Of a stretch of 64,000 nucleotides of DNA, positions 58,746-64,000 are shown piece after piece. Where the stretch lies: positions 6,253 through 70,252 of the IMG/VR virus record IMGVR_UViG_3300009184_000041; one strand, 5' to 3'. The position numbers and the translations under genes are program-made. The DNA is from a virus. The notes below the pieces were generated by a model. It was not told where the DNA came from, did not search any database, and saw nothing but the letters and a program-made list of their open reading frames with translations. Each line of letters opens with the position of its first letter. Position 1 is the stretch's first letter.

Positions 58746-59408
58746 TGCCATTGGAAAAATAGCAGCAATGGCTTCTGCACAGGCTCTAGCAACTTCTTGG
58801 TGCTCTTTTTGTGTGCCATTTGCACTGCGCAATTCAATAAAGTGAATCCAACTACGTAGTGTGCCATTCATGTACAAGCGACTGCTCATCATGCCCTCGG
58901 GCAACACAGCACGAGCCTGTTCCTTAGCAATGCCATTTTCTATAGCCCAGTTGTAGGCTTCCAAGGCAGCAAGTTTAACACGAGTCTGAGCACGTTCCCA
59001 ATCTGAGATCAAATTACGTGCGTCAGGATTGTCGGCTATAACTTCTATGCTGTTCTGTCTGTTCTTGGTGTCTTGGAGTCTGGCTTCGCGTAGTACGAAT
59101 TCAAGATCCTTTGTTGGGTCAGCATAACGTTGCGAAAACTCTTGGAAGCTGAAGCTTCTGTGTCTGAGGATTTGCCGCGCAATATCTCTTGTTGTTGTAA
59201 TTTCCATGCAAGCACTGACCATTTCAAGGGGGCTCCAGTGCTGGTGTCGAACAAGATACCGGATAAGTTTTTCGCTAGTGTCTGTGTTGAATTGGTTGGA
59301 GGGATTGGACACACGGGCGCAGTACGCAATAAGTTCTTGTGCATCGCCAATGCCTTGAGTTGCAAATTCTTCGGTAGGTTGACTATAGCTGAGTAAACGA
59401 ACATTCAT
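58728..59408 (-). CDS. thyX: Flavin-dependent thymidylate synthase
   Basis: ARVS, HWSPLE, RQILRHRSFSFQEFSQRY, EQARAVLP, QKEH. Confidence 0.95.
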   Translation of the reverse strand: MNVRLLSYSQPTEEFATQGIGDAQELIAYCARVSNPSNQFNTDTSEKLIRYLVRHQHWSPLEMVSACMEITTTRDIARQILRHRSFSFQEFSQRYADPTKDLEFVLREARLQDTKNRQNSIEVIADNPDARNLISDWERAQTRVKLAALEAYNWAIENGIAKEQARAVLPEGMMSSRLYMNGTLRSWIHFIELRSANGTQKEHQEVARACAEAIAAIFPMASTLAE

Positions 59409-59707
59409 AAGTCTTTTAATAGTTTGTCTGTTTCGGGTTGTACAATAGTAGCGATAGCACCAACATCAAGAATAAAATCAACATCGCGTACTTCTTCACC
59501 GAGGTCAGTCAAGGTTCTTGTCATCACAGTTTCAATTTCTTCTATGTCAAGTCCCTGACGTCGTAGCAAGTCAAGATTAATAGTTCGTTGTCGCTTACCA
59601 TGTAACTTGACTATGACTTTTTTGATACACTCAAGTGGAACATCTGTGATGTCTACATCGTCAATGATGTGTTCCCAGCGTTCCAAGAACTCATCACTGA
59701 ACTGCAT
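59405..59707 (-). CDS. Hypothetical protein (~100 aa)
   Basis: Likely start MQFSDEF at 59707; overlaps the thyX start codon. Confidence 0.65.
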   Translation of the reverse strand: MQFSDEFLERWEHIIDDVDITDVPLECIKKVIVKLHGKRQRTINLDLLRRQGLDIEEIETVMTRTLTDLGEEVRDVDFILDVGAIATIVQPETDKLLKDL

Positions 59708-60428
59708 CAGCCGCTGCCTTCTTGCGACTGCGTGTTTTAGCGGCAGCGGGTTCAACGGCAGTGTCCACAGGTACAGTTTTAGCAGACTTCATGTTCACAG
59801 CAGGAAACATCTTCTGTGCTTCTTTTTTCATTCTGGCTGCTTCGGCAACCAGGCCCTTGGCATCAGCTTCCATGCGTTTGGCCTGGGCCAGCATGTTGGC
59901 CGCAAGTGATTGGTCATCTAATGCGCCATCAGCAGGTGCTGTGAGTGGAGCAACCAAGGCTTCTGCATCACTCATGCGACCTTCTTTGAATGCTTTTTCT
60001 GCTTTGCGTTTGGTAGCAGGATCAACAATGCCGGCGCTGGCATCAAGTTGTTGCATGCGTTTGAGAGCATCAGCACCTGATTCCATTTCTTTCACAATGC
60101 GATTGAGTTCGTCCAGTTTGACATTGCTCTGTGCTGTGGGAGTGACAATCACCTGGTTGGTTTGAATTTTCTTCAGCATGCCTTCGTTGTGCAAGGCTTG
60201 TAAGATAACTCTGCCATCGGGCAACAGGTTACGATGCAACACATCAGCCAAGTTGGGTGAGGCCTGTCCGGGCGCTGATTCCAAAATGTTCATAATGGTG
60301 TTATGAAAGTGAGTGGGCAATGTCTCAGGATAGATTACCAAGCACATGTGTTCTTCGCCGGGCAGTTCTCTAAATATGATTGCAACCTTGCGGTCACCGT
60401 GTCGTCCTATATGTTTCAACATTGTCAT
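59694..60428 (-). CDS. Hypothetical protein (244 aa) with a coiled-coil C-terminus
   Basis: MLKHIGRH...CLVI...; GGAG SD; Ala/Lys-rich helical tail. Confidence 0.7.
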   Translation of the reverse strand: MTMLKHIGRHGDRKVAIIFRELPGEEHMCLVIYPETLPTHFHNTIMNILESAPGQASPNLADVLHRNLLPDGRVILQALHNEGMLKKIQTNQVIVTPTAQSNVKLDELNRIVKEMESGADALKRMQQLDASAGIVDPATKRKAEKAFKEGRMSDAEALVAPLTAPADGALDDQSLAANMLAQAKRMEADAKGLVAEAARMKKEAQKMFPAVNMKSAKTVPVDTAVEPAAAKTRSRKKAAADAVQ

Positions 60429-60634
60429 TCTCCTTGTGTGGGTTCAGCTGGTTGTTGTGCTTCAGCTTGTTGTGCCAACTGTGCTTGTGTAGCAGTCAAG
60501 AAAGCCGTGAGCTTGTCATAGATGCTGCCTACACTGCTCATTTCAGCAGCCTTGAAAGCGCCACGTTCTGTAGCGGCTTCAATTAAGTTTTTGAGTGATG
60601 CCATATCGGCTAGGGTTAGTGATGCGTTTTCCAT
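60425..60634 (-). CDS. Hypothetical protein (69 aa)
   Basis: Likely start MENASLTLADM at 60634; ERGAFKAAEMSSVG..YDKL. Confidence 0.65.
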   Translation of the reverse strand: MENASLTLADMASLKNLIEAATERGAFKAAEMSSVGSIYDKLTAFLTATQAQLAQQAEAQQPAEPTQGE

Positions 60635-60639
60635 GCAAA

Positions 60640-60647
60640 TATTTAAG
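60640..60647 (-). promoter_or_regulatory. Late promoter-like CTTAAATA
   Basis: TAAATA core 5 nt before the ATG at 60634, the same spacing as at gp25. Confidence 0.45.
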
Positions 60648-60671
60648 GCAACGGAATGTTGGTGGAATATT

Positions 60672-60881
60672 TTATGGTGTATTTTGGAAGAACTGTTCGG
60701 CACGTTGCTGTGCTTCTGCTTGATCAGCGGCCCACACTGTGACCATGGCGATCGAGCCCACAATCTCTAAATCAAACGGCACTGCACCTGTGAATCTAAA
60801 CTCTTCAGGAACAGGCACTCGAACCACAAACTGTTTCAGCCCACGGATACGATCCAGCACTTGCTTGATGGGTTCAGTCAC
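60672..60881 (-). CDS. Hypothetical protein (69 aa)
   Basis: Likely GTG start (VTEPIKQVLDR) overlapping the upstream micro-ORF stop. Confidence 0.55.
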   Translation of the reverse strand: MTEPIKQVLDRIRGLKQFVVRVPVPEEFRFTGAVPFDLEIVGSIAMVTVWAADQAEAQQRAEQFFQNTP

Positions 60882-61002
60882 GTTTGTGCCAGTCTCTGCG
60901 CACAATACGTGCTTCTTCAATGCAACGAGTCACAATGGGCCGCACATATGGTGCTGCCAATCCTGCTACAAATCCGTACACAAACCATTCAAATTCAATC
61001 AC
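60874..61002 (-). CDS. 42-aa putative membrane micropeptide, missing from the ORF track
   Basis: MIEFEWFVYGFVAGLAAPYVRPIVTRCIEEARIVRRDWHKRD*; GTGA overlap with the upstream stop; fills the gap. Confidence 0.6.
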   Translation of the reverse strand: MIEFEWFVYGFVAGLAAPYVRPIVTRCIEEARIVRRDWHKRD

Positions 61003-61220
61003 ACCACTCGTCCTATCACAGCATACATCAGACCGTCCATCAAGTGCTCGTATGGCTGTCCTTGTCTGCGCAGATAGTAAATCTGTTCAACCAGTTCTTT
61101 AGCATTGGCATTGCCTTCAGGGGGCAATGCACCGCGTGATTCTAATTCTTCTAACAAATCTTCGGTATCAAAATCTACTAGATCTACGTCAACTTCTACT
61201 TCGGTGTACACTGTTGGCAT
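60999..61220 (-). CDS. Hypothetical acidic protein (73 aa)
   Basis: EVEVDVDLVDFDTEDLLEELESRG; abuts the upstream gene; AGGAG SD. Confidence 0.7.
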   Translation of the reverse strand: MPTVYTEVEVDVDLVDFDTEDLLEELESRGALPPEGNANAKELVEQIYYLRRQGQPYEHLMDGLMYAVIGRVV

Positions 61221-61469
61221 TCAAAACTCCTTCATGCGCTTAACGTCTTTGTGCTTGACAATTACAACATTCTTTACAACACTTTCGTATTTAATGGGCA
61301 AATCCAAGTGTATGCTGATCCTGGGTCCTTCCACAGGACTGATCAAGGTATCGTTGCCCACAGTGCCTGCAAAAGGAATACCATTCCAGTGACCAAACAC
61401 CCTGTCGCCTATCAAGTACTCAGGCCGGTAACCAATACGTTCAAAGTATTCTGTTTGATTGCCCATCAT
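61221..61469 (-). CDS. Hypothetical protein, SH3-like beta-barrel
   Basis: YLIGDRVFGHWNGIPFAGTV...IHLDLPI. Confidence 0.65.
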   Translation of the reverse strand: MMGNQTEYFERIGYRPEYLIGDRVFGHWNGIPFAGTVGNDTLISPVEGPRISIHLDLPIKYESVVKNVVIVKHKDVKRMKEF

Positions 61470-61537
61470 CTACCCAGTGCAAAGCCTGCAACAAATCCAA
61501 TTATCATACCTACAATCATACCCAAAGCAAATATCAT
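61466..61537 (-). CDS. 23-aa single-TM micropeptide, missing from the ORF track
   Basis: MIFALGMIVGMIIGFVAGFALGR*; strong GAGGAG SD; ATGA overlap with the next gene. Confidence 0.6.
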   Translation of the reverse strand: MIFALGMIVGMIIGFVAGFALGR

Positions 61538-61548
61538 TGTCGCTCTCC

Positions 61549-62853
61549 TCAATCCTTCTTGTTCTCGTCATAGTAGGCATGTGTGCCCCAGGGTGGAACA
61601 ATGGTTGTGGTGCCATGCAAGATCCATGTAGTGTCACAGTATTCAGCGTCACCCCAAGAACCAAACGGATATCCGTCTGTGAACACAATGAGTCGGCGTG
61701 GTGTGATCTCTTGATCTTTCAAGTAGGTAAAGATACAATCAAAATCAGTACCACCACCACCTTTGACTTCGTAGTCAATCATTGAATCCAAATTGTCCGA
61801 GTCATATTGTGCAGGATTGTAGCAGTCAGTGTCAAATGTGACAACATGGATTTTGTATGCTGGGAACGAGTCCATGATGCCTTGGATCTCACTCAAAAAG
61901 TCTTTCAACATTGACTCTGAGATCGAACCAGACGCATCCAACATCACAGCAATGTCAATCATTTCGTCGGGCTTTTGTCCGGGCATCACAGCATCCATGT
62001 GCCAACCTTTGCGGCTGGCCCGCATCCAGGTGTAGTCGGCTTTGATGGTGCTCTCCAAGTTCATGCGCAACAATTCACGCCAGTTCATCTGGGGTTCTGT
62101 CAGCTGTTGGATTAGTCGCTTGACGCCTGCGGGCAAGTTGCCAGCACCATCCACAGTAGCGGCAGCTGCCAGCATGGCTTCTTTGATCTCGTCCTTGATG
62201 GCCTGCTTTTCTTCAGCAGTCAATTTGGGACGACCCTTGCCTTCTTCATCACCTTCTTCATCACCTTCGCCGTCACCGTCCAAGTGCTCGTCGATCATTT
62301 GATCCAGCAATTTGCCGATGTCGATCTTTGTTGCATTTTGGTACAAAGCATCATACACTTCTTCTGAACTCATGCCGTCATACTTGCGATCATACAAACA
62401 AGGCACTGACGTGATCTTCTCACCCACATTGTGTTTGACCAAATCACCGTTCACACAATAGTCATTGGCAATGTTCCACAACTGTGGGTCACGATCACCG
62501 CGGCGTCCAAAGTGATCATATACACAATGCAACACTTCATGTCCAAACAAAAACTCAATTTCTTTGGGACGCAACATCTCAATGAAGCGAGTGTTGTAGT
62601 AAAAATTACGTCCGTCTGTTGCGGCAGTGGCACACCACTCATCAGCATTGACCAGCTTCAAACGTGTTGCAAGGTTGCCAAAGAAACTTGCTTTCAGCAA
62701 CAGGCCCACACGGGCTGAAATCAATTTTTCACGCACCACACGATCCAGTTTGACGTCCATGGGACCGATCAAGTTGGCAAACTTCTTTGCGTCATCTTTT
62801 GTGGCAGTGGTGCCGGCTGTGGCATGTAGTATGTCAGGGTTAAAATAGTGCAT
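61549..62853 (-). CDS. Putative metallopeptidase with vWA domain (DUF2201-like)
   Basis: TAATDG, HEVLH (HExxH), WNIANDY.VN, DASGSI (MIDAS), GGGGTDF, FTDG. Start is probably MHYF at 62853 (AGGAA SD), because the ATG at 62874 lies only 2 nt from the -10 box. Confidence 0.85.
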   Translation of the reverse strand: MHYFNPDILHATAGTTATKDDAKKFANLIGPMDVKLDRVVREKLISARVGLLLKASFFGNLATRLKLVNADEWCATAATDGRNFYYNTRFIEMLRPKEIEFLFGHEVLHCVYDHFGRRGDRDPQLWNIANDYCVNGDLVKHNVGEKITSVPCLYDRKYDGMSSEEVYDALYQNATKIDIGKLLDQMIDEHLDGDGEGDEEGDEEGKGRPKLTAEEKQAIKDEIKEAMLAAAATVDGAGNLPAGVKRLIQQLTEPQMNWRELLRMNLESTIKADYTWMRASRKGWHMDAVMPGQKPDEMIDIAVMLDASGSISESMLKDFLSEIQGIMDSFPAYKIHVVTFDTDCYNPAQYDSDNLDSMIDYEVKGGGGTDFDCIFTYLKDQEITPRRLIVFTDGYPFGSWGDAEYCDTTWILHGTTTIVPPWGTHAYYDENKKD

Positions 62854-62876
62854 GCGATTCCTTGTTTGTTTCATGT

Positions 62877-62905
62877 ATTATAGCACGAGTTGAATTAATG
62901 GTCAA
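62877..62905 (-). promoter_or_regulatory. Near-consensus sigma70 promoter, TTGACC-17 bp-TATAAT
   Basis: - strand reads ttgacc attaattcaactcgtgc tataat. Confidence 0.8.
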
Positions 62906-62920
62906 TGTAGTACTTGAGTG

Positions 62921-63229
62921 TTACAGATACTTTAGTATAAACCACGACTGTGAGGCTTCATTGTAGAAGTCCAAATGCACTTGGTAATCATAGTGATAGC
63001 CTGCTGGTGCTGTGCCCCATTGATACCCGTCCAACACGCTGCCAGGTCTAGGCTGATTGGGCTCCAGGCCACGATGGTCACGTGCGGTAAAACCCAGTTC
63101 ACGCCGCATGATGTGCCGCATGCGTATGGTCTGACCAAAGTCCTCAGCCAAGCGGTCCAGCACCTGAGCCCAGTCTTCAGGGTTGTGAAAGATGATGAGA
63201 TTCTTCTTTGTGGTTACCCGATAAGACAT
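62921..63229 (-). CDS. Hypothetical protein (102 aa)
   Basis: RRELGFTARDH...HLDFYNEASQSWFILKYL. Confidence 0.65.
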   Translation of the reverse strand: MSYRVTTKKNLIIFHNPEDWAQVLDRLAEDFGQTIRMRHIMRRELGFTARDHRGLEPNQPRPGSVLDGYQWGTAPAGYHYDYQVHLDFYNEASQSWFILKYL

Positions 63230-63561
63230 TATGCAGTGCCTGAATGTGCCAATTCAAAGAACATTAGTTCTTTGTCCGAAGCCACGTAGATTCGGTAGTT
63301 GCGATACTCGGTGCTGTAAGCCCACTGTAGATTTAAGTCTTCCGGTTGATGACTTGAAGGTACCGTGTCATTCAGTTGTTCAGCAATTTCATTCTGTATC
63401 TTGACATCTGTACTCCAACCATATGTGCGGTTGAACCAACGTCGGGCTCGATCAAACTCCAGCACACCACTGCTGTATGTGCCCTTGGGAAACTCAATGG
63501 TGTACCGGTAGATCTTGCTCCAACTGTTGCGACCATTTAGTTTGACAATTTCGTATTTCAT
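63229..63561 (-). CDS. Hypothetical protein (110 aa)
   Basis: RRWFNRTYGWS...WAY...RIYVASDKELMFFEL; TAATG coupling. Confidence 0.65.
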   Translation of the reverse strand: MKYEIVKLNGRNSWSKIYRYTIEFPKGTYSSGVLEFDRARRWFNRTYGWSTDVKIQNEIAEQLNDTVPSSHQPEDLNLQWAYSTEYRNYRIYVASDKELMFFELAHSGTA

Positions 63562-63563
63562 AC

Positions 63564-63606
63564 AAAAAGGGTGGCGCAGCCACAGCCCTTGCAGACTGCG
63601 CCACCC
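63564..63606 (-). terminator. Intrinsic terminator with 11-bp perfect stem and U5 tract
   Basis: - strand GGGTGGCGCAG-(16 nt)-CTGCGCCACCC-TTTTT. Confidence 0.75.
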
Positions 63607-63614
63607 ACCCCCAA

Positions 63615-64000
63615 TCAGCTGGCTTGCAAAATGTACTTGCCGTAGCGAGCATGGAACTCGTCAAAGCACTTGATCTTGGTGGGTTGCATTGGCAACAAGT
63701 AAGTTGTCAACGCAATTCTAGCACCCAACACCACCAGTTCAGTTTCAAAGTTCTTCATCATGTATGTCAAAAAGTTATTGCTCATTTCATGGAACTCTTT
63801 GTCGCCAACTTTCTTTTGCTCCACAGCATCTTTGAGTTCGTAGCACATGGAGATAACCAAACTGTACATGGCACTGACTTCTTTGACATTCAAGTCAGTG
63901 ACCTTGCCACTCAAGATGTCTGCGGGCTGGGGCATCTTGCCAGACACTTTGCGGTGAGCCTTGAACTTGACAGCAAGACCCTCGCCCACAGTACCTGCAA
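63615..64000 (-). CDS. C-terminus of a MoxR-like AAA ATPase (5'-truncated)
   Basis: Frame open to the window edge; AGTVGEGLAVKFKAHRK..MP.P.DIL.G resembles the lid domain of phage MoxR-type ATPases; lies near the vWA gene. Confidence 0.6.
   Translation of the reverse strand, partial: AGTVGEGLAVKFKAHRKVSGKMPQPADILSGKVTDLNVKEVSAMYSLVISMCYELKDAVEQKKVGDKEFHEMSNNFLTYMMKNFETELVVLGARIALTTYLLPMQPTKIKCFDEFHARYGKYILQAS

Noticed and set aside
58728-59408. thyX as the entry point for DNA base hypermodification by the cluster
   Set aside because: It looks like a canonical ThyX, and no dNMP hydroxymethylase or recognisable DNA glycosyltransferase is in the window. DNA modification remains only a secondary hypothesis.
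61470-61688. Cys-rich 72-aa ORF (possible rSAM/RiPP precursor)
   Set aside because: Out-of-frame overlap with the vWA gene and with the 23-aa TM ORF, which has the real SD.
62240-62280. Short tandem repeat ccttcttcatca
   Set aside because: Encodes the acidic GDEE linker of the vWA protein; trivial.
1-64000. CRISPR arrays, tRNA/rRNA, introns/inteins, transposases, DGR, alternative genetic code
   Set aside because: Almost no intergenic space, no spaced repeats, no RT/integrase/homing-endonuclease motifs seen, and ORFs tile fully in code 11.

Overview
The window is a gene-dense segment of a large T4-like (contractile-tailed) bacteriophage genome in the standard genetic code. Bases 1-30.5 kb are a + strand baseplate and tail module: gp53-, hub-, gp5-, gp25- and gp6-like genes, a 5169-aa mosaic virion protein and two fibre genes, with TATAAATA-type late promoters. 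Directly after the fibres (30.6-58.7 kb) is a ~28-kb cluster of ~30 sugar-modification genes. It holds five radical SAM enzymes with an N-terminal Twitch-like Fe-S domain, five GT10-like 'TEK(T/I)xxP' proteins, GT8/GT-A-like glycosyltransferases, a split HldE with a cupin and a HAD phosphatase, and a GDP-mannose-3,5-epimerase-like SDR plus a second SDR. It also holds a DegT/StrS aminotransferase, two amidinotransferases, a NodU/TobZ carbamoyltransferase preceded by an unannotated SxtK-like micropeptide, and an SGNH protein. This resembles aminoglycoside/saxitoxin-type tailoring chemistry and is most plausibly used for a virion or host-surface glycan; that function is inferred, not shown. The right end (- strand) carries thyX, small hypotheticals, two unannotated membrane micropeptides and a vWA-metallopeptidase / MoxR-type AAA pair. 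No tRNA, rRNA, CRISPR array or mobile element was seen. All product calls come from motif recognition by eye; no searches were run.
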